A stretch of 64,000 bases of DNA from Lama glama (GCA_028534125.1 CM052832.1:21516001-21580000), one strand, 5' to 3'. Shown: positions 12,985 through 26,140, counted from the stretch's first letter. A program made the numbers and translations. Notes: generated from the sequence alone by a model not told the origin.

Positions 12985-13215
12985 TGGCAGGAGGTTATTC
13001 TTTACACAGTCTAATCACCTGAAGCCTTTCAATGGGTCTCCCATCACCTACACAGTCAAGTCCAAATCCCCTCTACTCCCGCAGTCCTCACCTCTCTTTG
13101 CTCTTACGTGCGCTACCCCTTTGGGGGGCGATACCGGAAAACTACACATAGTTCCCTAAACTCGGTGGGCTCTCTTGCATATCTGCACCCCTACGTGTAC
13201 TCCTTTTCCCTAATT
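12985..13215 (+). mobile_element. LINE-2 fragment
   Basis: gcctttcaatgggtctcccatcacctacacagtcaagtccaaatccc. Confidence 0.6.
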
Positions 13216-13244
13216 CAATTATCAGGCTAACTCCTAGTGACAGT

Positions 13245-13472
13245 AAAAGCTAATTCCCTGTAGGCACTGTTCTAAGTGCTTAACACATGTAACACACGTC
13301 ATGTAACGTGTGTAATACTTACAAAAACTCCATCATGAGGTAAGGACTGCATTTATCCTCTATTTAATTATGAGAAAACTATCAGCACAGGCAGGCTGAG
13401 TTACTTCCTGAAGGTGTCACAGGTGGTAAGTGGGAGAGCGAGGATATGAACCTGGACAGTCTGCTTCCAGAA
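13245..13472 (-). mobile_element. MIR SINE
   Basis: aggcactgttctaagtgctt...atgagaaaact...ggatatgaacctggacagtctgcttccaga. Confidence 0.8.
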
Positions 13473-13749
13473 GTTCCCCCTCGGTGTGGAACTGGCCTGT
13501 AAGCTCAGCTCAGGTGGCCCCTCCTCTGAAACTTCTCTTCAGTGGTCCCCTGACCTCAGGTAGGCAGGGTCTCATTCTTCACAGTGGTCACCCTGACAGC
13601 ATCCCACCCACTGTTCTGTAATTGTCCTACAACATGCAACATGGACCCGTCTGGGGCAGTGATCAGGGTCCTCTTCGCCCTCCAGCTTCACACTTGCCAC
13701 ATGCTTGGATTTGGCCAACTGGTTAGAGAGCCAGTAAGGGGGAAGAGAA

Positions 13750-14220
13750 GTGACTCGGGTGGAAAAGAAACAAGCAAGGAAAGAAGAAATGGTGGCGACT
13801 TGAAATCCAAGCAGTAAGGGCTACTCTATCCCCAAGCTACAGAGGGTTCGCTCTGCGGCTCCAAATTGCTGTTTGTTTTGCGTTCCTGTGGGGACTAGGA
13901 GGCTGGGACCCATTTAGGGCAGGGAGGGATGCACGTGAGGCCTCCGCCTTCTGAGAGGTGCGCGGTGGAGCAGGCTCTCTCACAGCCCTGGGGAGGTGGC
14001 GGACCAGCAAGAAGCAAGAAACCGCCACTTCGGCTTCAGCCATCTCAAGAGAAGGTACTTTTTCACAAGGCAGGACTGAGGGAGGAGGTGACAAGAGCCA
14101 TTTGCCAGCTCCCTACATCAGGCGTGAATTTAAGGCCAAATCCTGTGTTGTGACGCAGACAACCTGGCGTCATTCTGTGTGTGCGGTAGGTCCACCCTGA
14201 TGGATCATATGAGACGGGTT
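13750..14220. promoter_or_regulatory. CpG-enriched patch; candidate enhancer or weak promoter
   Basis: About 17 CpG in ~460 bp by hand count; E-box CACGTG 13932-13937; CRE-like TGACGCA 14151-14157 and TGGCGTCA 14165-14172. Confidence 0.3.
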
Positions 14221-16971
14221 CAAGTGTAACACTAGAAAATGAGCTCTCAAGACAGTCTTATTCTAGGTCCTGAAAGCCAGCAAAAGGCAGGGAAACTATA
14301 AATCCTGACGAGCCAGGTGTTTTTTTGTTTTGTTTTGTTTTTTTTTCAATATTAGAGCAAAACCTCCATTAACTGGAATTTATCCAACTCGAATCCTGGG
14401 GCCAGGGCTGGTTCCAAGCAGAACAGTGGAATGAACCTCGTGGTTCTGAGCCCTGTTTACCACTTTTCCATCAAAGTTTTCAGTTCTAGGCTCTCTTAAA
14501 TTTTAAAATGTTGCCTCTCTTGGGGAGATGTTTACTTTCATGACCCTGAAGAGATGCAGCTTTTTGGGGAATCAGGAGTCCATAAGGAGAGAGGATGGTG
14601 GGTGCATCTGTTGTCCTGACAATATGTCACTGGGAGAGGCTTTTGGATGTTCTCTAAACTTTTGGGAGAAAGCAGTAAATTAGGGCTCATAATCATGGAT
14701 CTTTTTTTAAAGGCAAAATTCAAGGAATTTTGTGGGGTCAGTAAAACTCAGTACCTTATAGCCTCAACAGAGAGAATTCCAGGGCCAAGCAAATTAACAT
14801 GTAGGAAAAAGATTCTAAAGAATCAAAGATACCATACTCACTAATGCATTTTAGACAGAATTTTTAAAAAGAAAGGTTAAAACTGAAAGGACACAGTGTT
14901 TAACCAGAAGACGGCTGTTCAATGTTACAAACCATTCCAGAATTTGCCCTGCCGAGTCCTGGAACTGTCCCAGTGTACGTCTTGAGTCAATAATCAAATT
15001 GAAAACCTTTCTAAGATTTTAAATGGGTCTGGCAAATGAGTCGCTCACATTTCTGGAGTTTGAAACCAATCTCTCCCTTCCTACCAAGGCACATCTCAAT
15101 CTCAAACGTCTACTTCCTGCAATTAACGCTGTTTCAAGAAAATACCAGCATAAATTAACTCATGAAAGTCGTGTCTTATTACTTATTAAAAGCCTCATGC
15201 TAGGCAAATAGATACTTGAATTCAAACACTGAATTGATGAAAATGGCATTTTGTACTTTTCATTTACACACGTCTTTTCCTTTGCACCACAGTTTAACTT
15301 CTTTCTAAATGCAGCTTTTAGTAGAAAATGACAACAATTATGAGTCCTTCGAGATTTAAAATCTGAAACTCAAATTATCAAGCCTAATAAAAGCCTAATA
15401 AGTTCCTTTATGTGTTATATTATGTCTGCTTAATTACTCCAATCCCATAATGGAATCAATGTGGACACAGAGTTTATATGTTAGCTTTACAGAAGAGTGA
15501 TTTTTGAGACTCTTCCCTCTCACTTTAATTTTTATGTGTTCATTTAAAAACATATTCAGAGACATTATAAATCAGAAGCTAAGATCACTCCTATAACTAT
15601 ATTAATCGGACAAATTGTCTTCAAAGGTCAAAAGTGATTAACCACCCCCCACTCCCACTCCCACAAATTTCTTTATCTCAAAACAGTATATTCTCAGTTC
15701 AGTGAGCATCTCTTCATTCTTGCTAACAGTTTATCTCCTACACTGATTGGAAAGAGAGATACAACTTGCTTGTTGGGATACCATTTCAGTAGTGCTCTTC
15801 TAAGGAACATAAATAATCTTTAATGAAGCAGGAAGTCACTGTTACTTAGAAAATGGTCTTAGCTTATCTGCTGCTGTTTAGGAAAAAAAATAGCAAGCAA
15901 CATTATTTTTGTTCTGATAATGTCAATCTCATACAGTATCTTTGGAGGGGAGGAAAAATGTAGCCTTGTCAAGTTCATAAGGAGGGTGGATCCGTTTATG
16001 TAAGGTTTCCACAATGTCTCTAACTCAGAAGAGCAAGGTAATTACTCTGCGCTGTGACATGCAAATCAGGCTAGTGACAGCAGGTCCTCTTCTGCGTACA
16101 CCTTGACCCTACCTTCACCACAACCCCCAGGCAACAAAAGGGGCTTCCTATATTATAATTGATTCTTATTTTTCCTTAATTTGCATTTTCTAATTTCCCA
16201 GGAGCTATTTTCTTGACTGAATTAGCCACTGTTCAAGTAAAAATGGGTAAGTATCCAAAAATTAGACTGAATAAAAAGTCATTTTTTTCCCCTTGAAAGC
16301 AAAAGATGGAATGAAAATGAAAAGGTACAATGCTCAGACATCATTTCAAAGCCAAAATGTTCTTATTGATCTTTCACTGAAAATTTCACACCTAGGTCTA
16401 TGTGGTTTAAAGTGTATCTACAAAAATATTTACGGACCACAAATATGCTACCGAGTGCCCAAATAAGCAAAGGGCTCCCCCAGAGAACTGTCACAAATGG
16501 ACGAAAGCAAACAGTAATCCAAAATCACAAGAACAAATTCTATGTATTTGGTGCCACAATTTTTTTTTAACATCTCTTGTTCTGGAAATTGAGGGTGTGA
16601 GAATAATCAGGCCTCACTGCAAAGATCTTTTTCAAGAGTTGCTAGCAAGTCAATAAGCTCCCCCCCCCTTGTCTCTTCTGGAATACACATCCTCAAACCC
16701 AATCCATGCTGGGTGAAACCAGAGGGAACTTTCTGAATCTCAGATCCTGCCTGAAGCAGGGATTTTAATTTTTAAAGGGTAATCTACACTGCAGACCCCA
16801 AAATAAATATACAAAGGAAGTAAGATCTCCACAGAGTGATAATGAAGTGAATGAGGTGTCACTGTTAAGAGCTGACATCTGTGGGAACCGTGTAAACCCG
16901 GGGCCTGAGGACATGCATTCATAAAACAGAATATACTACAGATATGATTGTTTCCATTTGACTTTCCAGGT

Positions 16972-17600
16972 CTCCACTGAGTATGCACCATGTGCCAGGC
17001 TTTGGGCTGCGCTCTGCTGACATCATGGTGAGCAAAACCAGATACAGTCCCTGTCCTTAAGGAACTGAATCCAGTGAGAAAGATGAACTGTGATCAAATA
17101 ATCACACAAATGTAAAACGGCAACTCAGATGTGTGTTTAGGAGGAGTGTCACCCGTTATTAACAATGACGGTGATGTGGCCTAGTCTGAGAGGTCTGGTA
17201 AAGGTTCCCCGAGGAAGCTCTCAGGCTGAGGTCTGCAAGGTGACCAGGAACTAATGGGGTGAAGATGGGTAAGCAGAGCTTCGCAGGGAGAGAAATCACA
17301 CGTGAGAAGAAACAGCATTTGCCTGAGGGAGCAGAAGAGGGCGCGGTGAGCTCGGGGCGGAGAGTCAGGGAGCAGAGGGGAGATGCTGCCTCGCACACAG
17401 ATGGGCTTGCCTCCCTGAAGAGTGGAAAGCCACTGTAGAGCTTTAAGCAGAGAAGTGATATAATCAGATTTATTGGTATAAAAGATCATTCTCGTTTCCC
17501 TTCAGCGAACAGATTGCAGAGAGAAGGAGAATGAAGGCAGAGGGGTGAGTCAGTACGTGATTGCTTCAGTCCAGGCAAGAGAAGAGGGTTGCCGGGCCAG
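16972..17600 (-). mobile_element. LINE-2 (L2a-like) 3' region
   Basis: ccactgagtatgcaccatgtgccaggc...cagtccctgtccttaaggaact...gccactgtagagctttaagcagagaagtgatataatcagattt. Confidence 0.85.
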
Positions 17601-19212
17601 AGTCGATTTTAAGTCGAAATATTCAAATGTTTCCCTGCCTGTGATCAATGTGGTGTTTTTCACTACTGGCAGGTTTTCTCTTCTCTGAGTAAGAGCAGTT
17701 GCATTCTCTCCTAGAAATCAAAGCATCTTTTGGCACAACAAGACTTTCTGCTGGAAAGACAAATCATACAGAATTAAAATATATGATTACAATTATGTGA
17801 AACTAAAAATACATAATTAGGTACACATTTCCAATTGAAAAAGTAAAGGCTAGAAGTTGAAGATTTTCAAAATTCAACGGGAAATCTATGTGCATGTTAA
17901 GTTATTCCAGACTGAGTTTTACAGGATACAATATTTCTATTTATCTAAATTAAATCACTCAGATTATAGGCCACAGACCTGCAGTCAGTGATGAAATGCA
18001 TACTGAATTTCTAGACTTTAAAATGTCAATACTTTTATGAACGCCATCATATGTGATTTGCTCATGGTTATTTGCTTCTCAGAAAAAGAGTGATGGAAAT
18101 AAGAAACTAACAGATATCCGTAAAATGGAGTGCACTTTCGTGGTCCAGGGAGGGAAATGGCGGGACACAAACCCACCCTGAGCTTTTAGCAAAGGAGTTA
18201 ACCAGTGCCTGTGGTTATCTGGCTTGCAGCCTTCATCTTGAGCATTTGAGTTTCTCCCCCCTGAATAAAGCAGGCACAGCATATCAGATCCCTGCAGATG
18301 CTGAGAGCTAAAGGTAACGGAAAGAAAAGCTTTGACATTCTGTCATTGGAATGACAGGACAAAATGGACTGCAGTAAACAACGGTTTGAGCACGATAATT
18401 TGATGCATTGGGACCTTAAGCTTCTCCAGATGCTGAACTCAGCTTGGGATGTGAGATAAGAGGACAGCATTTACCCTCTTGGATAAAGTAGGGGTGGGTG
18501 AAACCAGAAAAAAGAAATCTTGTGTAATGAGGAACCAGTTCATTAGCACGCAGGGCCTGAAACTGATACAGCGGTTCACACAGAGATTCCATACACCATT
18601 CATACATGTTACTCACACATGGGAAACATCATACTCACACGTACATATAAAATATAACTTGTCTGTTGTCCTAATAGGAAACGATAGTTAAGCTGGAAAG
18701 AAAAACAAATGCTCCTGAGGAATCTTAACACAGAGATAGCACTATACCAATATGAAGCTCCCTTCCTATCATATTGCTTCATAACTATTACAGATAAAAT
18801 GCCTCTGAATAACATTTCTTTCCCAAATAAACAAGCACATGCAGACGCAGATTTTGACTGTGAAGATTTAATTCACAACAGAAGGATGTTGCTTATGGAG
18901 TGAGAAGTGAAATCACAGCCCCCTGGGCACAGCCAGGTGTCTGCCAGTTTTCCACACCGAGGCTGGGTGACGTGCCTGCACGGCTCAAAGGTGGTTTTGT
19001 TTCAGGAAGGCCAGTTTAGGTGACTAGTAGGTGTCACAGGGAAACAGAAGTATCACCACACTATTGATTTTGGTTAGGATCGCTCTGAATCAACAAAGCA
19101 GCCTGCTTTTACTGGTGGAGATATAAACTTTTTAAAGATTGTGACTAGTTTTTCTTTACAGTATTAAAGCAAAAAATTTAAAAACACAACAAAACGAGAC
19201 ATCAGCACAAGT

Positions 19213-19295
19213 GGGGGAGGGTAACAGCTCAGTGGTAGAGCGCGTGCTTAGCATGCATGAAGTCCTGGGTTCAGTAGCTCCATTAAAAAAAAAAA
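19213..19295 (+). mobile_element. tRNA-Ala-derived SINE (camelid Vic-1-like)
   Basis: ggggagggtaacagctcagtggtagagcgcgtgcttagcatgcatgaagtcctgggttca with Pol III A/B-box-like sequence and a poly(A) tail. Confidence 0.85.
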
Positions 19296-19382
19296 GACAT
19301 GGACACAGCATATGGTTATGTGATCGTAAGATACAGTGAGCTAGCGTAAGCAGGAGCAGTGAGGAAAGGCAGTCTTAAGGAC

Positions 19383-19630
19383 AACAGCTAACAGTTATAC
19401 AGTTATTGGCTGTCTATTACTGTGCAAAGCACTGAGGTTGTGACTTTACATACATTTATTGTGTTTAAAAACCCTGCAAGGTACCTGTTATTAGCCTCAT
19501 CTTAGCACTACTGGCTCAGAGCACTGAAGCAAAGTTGTCCAAGGTCACAGAGCTCAGAAGTGACAGAGCACAGAGTGAACTCTTGTCGGCTGAATTCTGC
19601 CACGCTCAAAAGCCCCTCTCTTTCCACTCC
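19383..19630 (-). mobile_element. MIR SINE
   Basis: aacagctaac...aaccctgcaaggta...ttgtccaaggtcacagagct. Confidence 0.75.
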
Positions 19631-20129
19631 ACCCACCAGCTCTCAAAATACCACTGCAGAAATCAAGAACGAGGTACAGAAAAAGAAATCAATAAACATG
19701 TATTAAGAGCCAAAGACACATACAGCTAAAATGTGCTCAAATTCTATACGGAAACCCCCGCCCCCAGGCAGACCACAGAGCCTTCCCCTTGACAAAGCTT
19801 ATCAGGCTTCGAGTTCTGCTTCCCACCTACTCCACGTGGCCTGATGCTTCTAGGAGGACTCCACGACGGAGCAGTGACAAAGATGTGCGTACCAACCTCG
19901 CTCCTCCGGTTCCTGGGATCTCGCTGCACCTTTCCAGGTATCTGCAGCCTGTTAATCTCACCACCCAAATTCCATGGTGCCTGCTGAGCCATCTCCAGCT
20001 TCTTCACACACACTGCTCTCCCCTCCCCAGCTTCCACCTATGTTTCCATTCCTTCCCCATGGGCTTGACCCATCACTCTACAAAGTGGCACTGGGAAACA
20101 TTCCTTCCTTCCACCCTTCTTTACAAAAA

Positions 20130-20655
20130 GCATTAGCTGTTTGTTGTAGACATTTTCAAAAAAATTTAGAAAAACATAAAAAAAGAAAGTGAAAAGCACA
20201 GTGGATTCTGTCCCTTTGCGATAAAGTCTCTTGTTAACGTTGTGGTCTCTATGTTATCGGTCTTATTTTTTCTGAAGCAAATGTTTAGTAATTATTTTAA
20301 TAAAATTCATATCATAGATATGTGTTATCTTATAACACTATTTCCATTTTTTACATATTGATAAACATTTGCCCATATTAAATATTCTTTTACAACATGA
20401 CTTGCAGTAACTGTATGGGCTTATAGCACGTGAATGTAGTGGATTTATTAAGTCATCACCTATTATAGGATATTTAGGGGTTTTTTAAAAACATTTTATT
20501 ATTACAAACAGTTCTGCAATGAACATCCTCATAGACTTATGTTTATTCAAATTCATGACTGTTTCTTTCAATATATTCCTCTTTACACTTGGAAGGCCTT
20601 AATACATACTGTCAGGTTGTCCTCACATATTTTACGAATTTAATTCCCAGCAAGA
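20130..20655 (-). mobile_element. Old LINE-1 3' region (L1ME-like)
   Basis: cctattataggatatttagggg...attacaaacagttctgcaatgaacatcctcata. Confidence 0.65.
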
Positions 20656-20726
20656 CTAAGTACTAATGCATGGGAAATGAGTCTTTTGAACATAACGATC
20701 ACCAACTTGCAAAGTGATTTATAAGT

Positions 20727-20860
20727 GAATTCATTAATTCATTCAACAAACACTCATTAACCTTCTAAAGGTCCCAAGCACTGGGGATACAGCAAGCAGA
20801 CACAGTCCTTGCTCTTAAAAGAGCTGTAATTGTATCAAGACAGAAAATGAAAGAAGCAAT
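20727..20860 (-). mobile_element. LINE-2 3' end
   Basis: ttcattcaacaaacactcatt...ctggggatacagcaag...cagtccttgctctt. Confidence 0.75.
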
Positions 20861-21811
20861 AAAGACAAATTCTAAAAAGTGCAAAAATGGGAAGTCATGA
20901 GAACGGAGAGAAAAGACTAGATTGGAAAGGTACCCGGAGGGAGAACTGAGTCTCGGGATGGACTCGATGTCCTGGGCAACGTCCGGCTTCTCCATGAACT
21001 TCTCCAGTCAGCTTCCTCACCCTTCTGCCATCACAATGATTCTGCTTGTCCTCCCATGTTTCCTATTCCTATTTCTAACTTGAGCTGAGCTAAAACTGAA
21101 TATTTTACTTCAAAAGTTCCCTCCCTACTATGAAGAAATCAGTATTAAATATTACAGCTTTTCAAAGTTACCCCCCTCCTACCTGCCCCCACATACACAC
21201 TGCTTAACGACAGAGTAATTCTAGAGAAAAATTAGGTAAAATAAACAATTATGTGGGGAAAAATGTTTTTCTAGAAGATAATTTAGATTTGAATTAATAA
21301 CTTTTTTCATAGCTGAGTTTCTAGATACATTGTAATCAATATGGTAAAACAGTTCTCATAAACATGAATGGCTACCAAAATGGGTCAGCAATAAATGGCC
21401 TAAAGGTTTAAAAGGAGGTAGTCAGAACACAGTAATTACACTCTCAAAATAACCACCATCCCCGTATTTTAATATTGTACACAGTACAGCATTTAGCAAC
21501 CGCTGAAGCTAACAACTTCTACAAAGTAAGCTGCTTTTCCATTTCATGCAGATGAGCTCAATGATTAAATCTCTAAAAGTTACATCTAATGAGCCCCTAG
21601 TTAGAAGCAAAGAACTACTTTTTCTCTTAATAAGCAAATATATATGGATTGGAAAATATATCAAGATTTTGATAAGATTCTGGTCTTAAAATATGATGAC
21701 ATATGGAGCCAAATAATATTGATGTACAGATTACAAATTACTCATCATTTGATTTGAGGTGTAAAATATGTTTGAAAGAGAAATGAAGGTGTTAGTATCC
21801 CCAAGTACACA

Positions 21812-21906
21812 TCTCTCTCTCTCTCATGGAGGTACTGAGGACTGAACCCAGGACCGCATGCATGCTAGGCATGCACTCTGCCACTGAGCTATAGCTTCGC
21901 TCCCCC
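21812..21906 (-). mobile_element. tRNA-Ala-derived SINE (Vic-1-like) with (GA)n tail
   Basis: Reverse complement reads gggggagcgaagctatagctcagtggcagagtgcatgcctagcatgcatgcggtcctgggttcagtcctcagtacctccatg(ag)n. Confidence 0.85.
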
Positions 21907-23907
21907 AGGTCTCACATTCTCAAGGTCACATGTAGTTTCCAATTTTCGGTCTTCTGACTTAGTTTTGTCATGAAGAGCATACAGGGAAAAAATGCAAACC
22001 ACCTAGAACTGAATATTAATGATTCCCCCACTTCTTCCTCCTCTTTTATCACTCTTTCTTCCATTTATCCTGAGAGAAAAATCCCCTCTATTTTCCTTCT
22101 GCAGAGCAGTCAAGTCTACCTTTCATAGTCTTGCTTCCTTCTAAATCGTGGCCTCAGGTTCTTACTTTGTCCATTAAATTATTTATCAAAGTAGTTTCCT
22201 AAACAAAGCTATTTCCTTTCCTAAGAGGAATTCTGTAGCTAGTTATGAGAGTGATACCCTTCCTCCCTGTATGTGCGTACAAATGTGAAGGTGAGAAACA
22301 CTACATTTTGATTAATGTCCAATATTGCTACTGATGATCATCACAGCTGCCATAATAGAACAGATCTGGCATCGGAAGCAGAAGCAACCCAAGTTCAAAT
22401 GACATTAGGTTAGTTCATTAAAGTCTTAAACAAAGCCATACAAGAGCAATTCTTTTTCTTTGTGTTTGAGAATCCATGGTTAGAAATGACAACGCTTAAT
22501 GATAAAAAGAAATCACAGACCTCCACTCTGCCAATGAGGTTGTCAATATATATAACAGTGTTAAAAAGCCACGTCAAACCATTGTAAGAAAAAACAGGTC
22601 ACAGGTATATACAATTTGGGGGCATATACAATTTACTAAGTCATATGTATCTAAGTCATATAACAATGAGTTTTCCAAACAGCCACCTACTCTTGAACCA
22701 GTGAATATGAATGACTATTTCCATGGCTTTATATACTAGGGGGGATTTAAGAGAGTAGGAGAAAGAAAGGATTCAAGGACAAATTTCAGAAAATAAGGCA
22801 ATGTTTCACAAATTGCTGGTACCCTAAGAATCAAAAGAAAATATTTCTTGAGCCCCAAAAGCTGCCTAGATTGAGATGTGCTTGGTCCCCCCTGGAGTGG
22901 AACAGGACACATCTGAGTGGCCGTGGGAAGAGGCTCTGTGGTGAGGGACCTCTGTCAGGCAATGACCATGAAAGATAAAAAAGTAATTCAATTTTTGAAA
23001 AATGGTCTTTGCCTTCAAAATGTTTCCACAGTAACTGAAGAAAAATTGCCTTAAGCATTATGGATACATATAAAACACACTTCGGAATTTGGGGCAGGAA
23101 ACAAACAAAACTTCAAAATGTGAGGTGTGGCTGGTATGGGCTCCAGGAATCACATACACTACGTGATACCTGAGAGCAAGGGCTGTCTTTAGCCATCACT
23201 GACTTACTTGATCTTGATTCAGAATGCTTGCTGAATGATTGTTTGTGGAGGTGATACACAGAAGTTACCAGTGCAATCAGCTTGGCGGTTGTCAGCTATT
23301 TAAGAGAAGCAACTCTAGCTTAGTGGAGGGTATACATACCAGCATGTATTACTTGGCTCAATGCCTGGGACCTACTGAGTGCTCAGTTCATGTTCAGCAA
23401 TTTAATGGCAACTGGAGAAGAAGTCAGGTTACAATGGAGATTATTACTATGCCCATCAGAAAGCAAAAAGGAAGACGTCCCAGAACCAGGGAGACAAATG
23501 ATGGAATTCCAGGAAAGCCTGAAGAGATCTGATTGAGAATGGAGGGCAAGGAAGAGCTCTGTCAAGGACAAGAGGAACCTCTCTGAGACAGGAAGGAAGA
23601 AAAGGTCACGACTGAAGCACAGGATTATTTGTAAGGGGAAAGGAGATGACGTTAAGAAAGTCGCAAATGTCTCCATCTTCTCAATTAATGAAAATGATGA
23701 TACTTATTTAAAAATGCATAGGTAGCAGTCGGCAAAGACTACTATTACCACTCAACAGAGTAAGGGTGGACTGAGTAGGATCTGAGCCTTGAAAATGACA
23801 AAGCCTGAAAGTTATCACTCTGTGTGTTTGGGGTGGGGGTGGCATGCCAGGGGGAGCTAAAAAGTTTTTAAAAATTAGATATGGGCCATATTTCCCAAAC
23901 CAAGGCT

Positions 23908-24060
23908 TTATTTGTTCAATCATTTTATCAAGAAATGTGCTAGGCGCTGTGGGGAATTTAGAGAAATGTAAGATATGGCTCTTGTCCCTGAAAAGTTAAA
24001 TAACAACCCAGAGATATTTCATGGTAGAACGTGAACAGATGCCAAAAAACAGGGGGAGAG
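23908..24060 (-). mobile_element. LINE-2 3' end
   Basis: ttgttcaatcatttt...atgtgctaggcgctgtgggg...taagatatggctcttgtccctg. Confidence 0.6.
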
Positions 24061-24413
24061 ATAAGGGCAGAATGTTCCATAACAAGCACTCCATTCATCA
24101 CATGTTATTTCTTTTCATACTAAATTCTAAAAATTTTCTCCTCTACTGTTTTTTGCTATTCCTTTTGTTGTTTACAGGGAATAAAAAAGTCATTTTCTGA
24201 CTTTCGTATTGGAATCATTATTTTAGTAGGTATTTGAGTTCTTCTTTTGTTTGTGAAGAAATTGCTTTCTCCTCAAGGTTCACTGAACAAAACAGGTCAC
24301 AAAGCTTTGGTTGAACATGGGGTCATTTCTTAGGTAGACAGAATAGATTCTTTTAAGAAACACTCTTTGTGCAAAGTCAGGCCTGCGTCCCAGAGCTACA
24401 CAACCAACAAAAA

Positions 24414-25033
24414 CTGTCATTAGTGTCCGTCCGCACTCAGACTGGTGCCGAGCGGGTTAAACCCCAACCCTGGTTATTGCTGCCTCTCCTGGTTCAGTAC
24501 GGCTTTTCTGTAATTCTCTGGAGCTAGGCAGCTGACAGCATGGATTTTTATTGAAGAAATGCTATGACATTTGTTCTAAATGTCACATTTCTCCCCCACA
24601 AACTAAAAATAGCACGTCACCATACCCCTACCCCTAATAAAATTGTTGGCTTGGAAATGACATTGATAAGTAAAATGCAGCATATAACCTTTTCTCCCCT
24701 TTTCTTCCACATGTTTTATTTATTCCTGAGTAACATTTGGTATCTTTTGTAGGCTGAGATCAAAGGGGCAAATCAGTAAATTTTACTGCTGAAGTAGTCT
24801 TCACAGTACGGGACTGTCATTTTGCAAGCATGTTCCAGGCAGGCACTGCTGTCATTTGAGTAGTGATCTAGTGACTGACAGAAAATATCTGTAGAAATAA
24901 TGTGTGCTCTCATAGTGATGTGACATTTTATGAGCAGTTTGACTGTTTTCATTACTCTGATTTCAGGCTGGTGAAGAGTCAGTCAGAAAGCCAGCAATGG
25001 AACAGGGAAAGCCTGTCAGGATGGAGCTGACAG
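24414..25033. promoter_or_regulatory. Homotypic TGACAG/TGACAT motif cluster; candidate TALE-homeodomain enhancer
   Basis: 7 TGACAG/CTGTCA plus 4 TGACAT/ATGTCA in 620 bp with no recognisable repeat. Confidence 0.4.
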
Positions 25034-26054
25034 GACAACCTTGAAATCGGGCTGCTGCATTTAATAAGACTTCGTGGCAATTATCTGAAAGCATTTTAAA
25101 TATTAAGTTGACTCAAATGTTTAATCAGATCAATTCCAAGGTGACTGGTTTTACCGATAAGAGTGCTTGGTTGGCCGACACTCAGAGCCAAATTTCACAC
25201 AAACTCCATGGCGGCTTTGGCTACACTTGCCTGCATTATCTTAACCAGGTTTTGTTTGAAGGGTCAAGTTTTGGTTATACAGGGAAACTTTCATTACAAC
25301 AAAATTCAAATCTGAACTGTTCTCTTCAGGAGTGGAATTCTGTTAACAAGAACATATTGCTGGAAAACACAGTCCTGGGCTAAGGACCATGGAAGCCAGC
25401 TTCCATCAGACGCTCTTGAAGGAGTCATCCAGAGTTCTGACTTTTAGCACTGCAAGTAAGGGATACCAGTGTACCTCGCTCATGAACACTCAAAAGCCTT
25501 TTTTCCCCCTTGCTCTTGGAAGTATGGACTATTTGGTAAATGCACAATTAATGTGAGAATTCTTTCAAACCAGTGTGAGATCCTTACCCCTGGAAGTTCA
25601 GGACATAGCTTTGCTATTTTGGTGACACACAATTTGGAATTCCCAAATGACTTCAAGACTGGTAGATGGGATGGACTCACTTAAAGGGTGAATTGTGCCA
25701 ACTTCCCAGTGTTGACATCTTGAAATGGTTTCTTTACTGCCAATGCACAGTCTCAGGAAGGCCTGAAGCTGCCATTCCAAATTTTCAACTACTTTTACTA
25801 GCACAGTTTAGGGCCGCAACTCTAAGTTGTAATGTTGTCTGGGAAGCTGAGGATTCACAAAGGCTTCAGGATATATGGCCAGCAGATGCCGAAGGCCACT
25901 ATATGCACAAATCAGTGCCACCAGGTAATTTGAGTGGTATTTCCTTTATCTCCTACTCAAATAATTTTATTATACAAATTCCCTGTAAAGGACTTTTTGG
26001 AGGCAAATTATTGTAATTTCTACTTTGCTGTAACTCCTGGTCCCCCAAATACTG

Positions 26055-26140
26055 ACTTTCTCTGTAAGCTCCTTGAGGGAGGCGCCTATCTTCATCATTT
26101 GTGTCCCTAAACACTCAACACACACCAGGCACAGGATATA
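26055..26140 (+). mobile_element. LINE-2 3' end
   Basis: ctgtaagctccttgagggaggcgcctatcttcatcatttgtgtccc. Confidence 0.7.

Noticed and set aside
13111..13135. CTCF-like motif cccctttggggggcgata
   Set aside because: Mismatches the core CCAC/GNAG positions and lies within an L2 remnant
15380..15401. Short tandem duplication aagcctaataa x2 (similar ones near 22636, 42120 and 61077)
   Set aside because: Ordinary replication-slippage duplications
19213..19295. Possible tRNA-Ala gene
   Set aside because: The T-arm and acceptor stem are broken and a poly(A) tail follows, so it is a SINE
23207..23294. 88-nt minus-strand exon-like segment with donor CAA|GTAAGT
   Set aside because: Overlaps an L2-tail-like sequence, the peptide is unrecognised, and it is not frame-preserving
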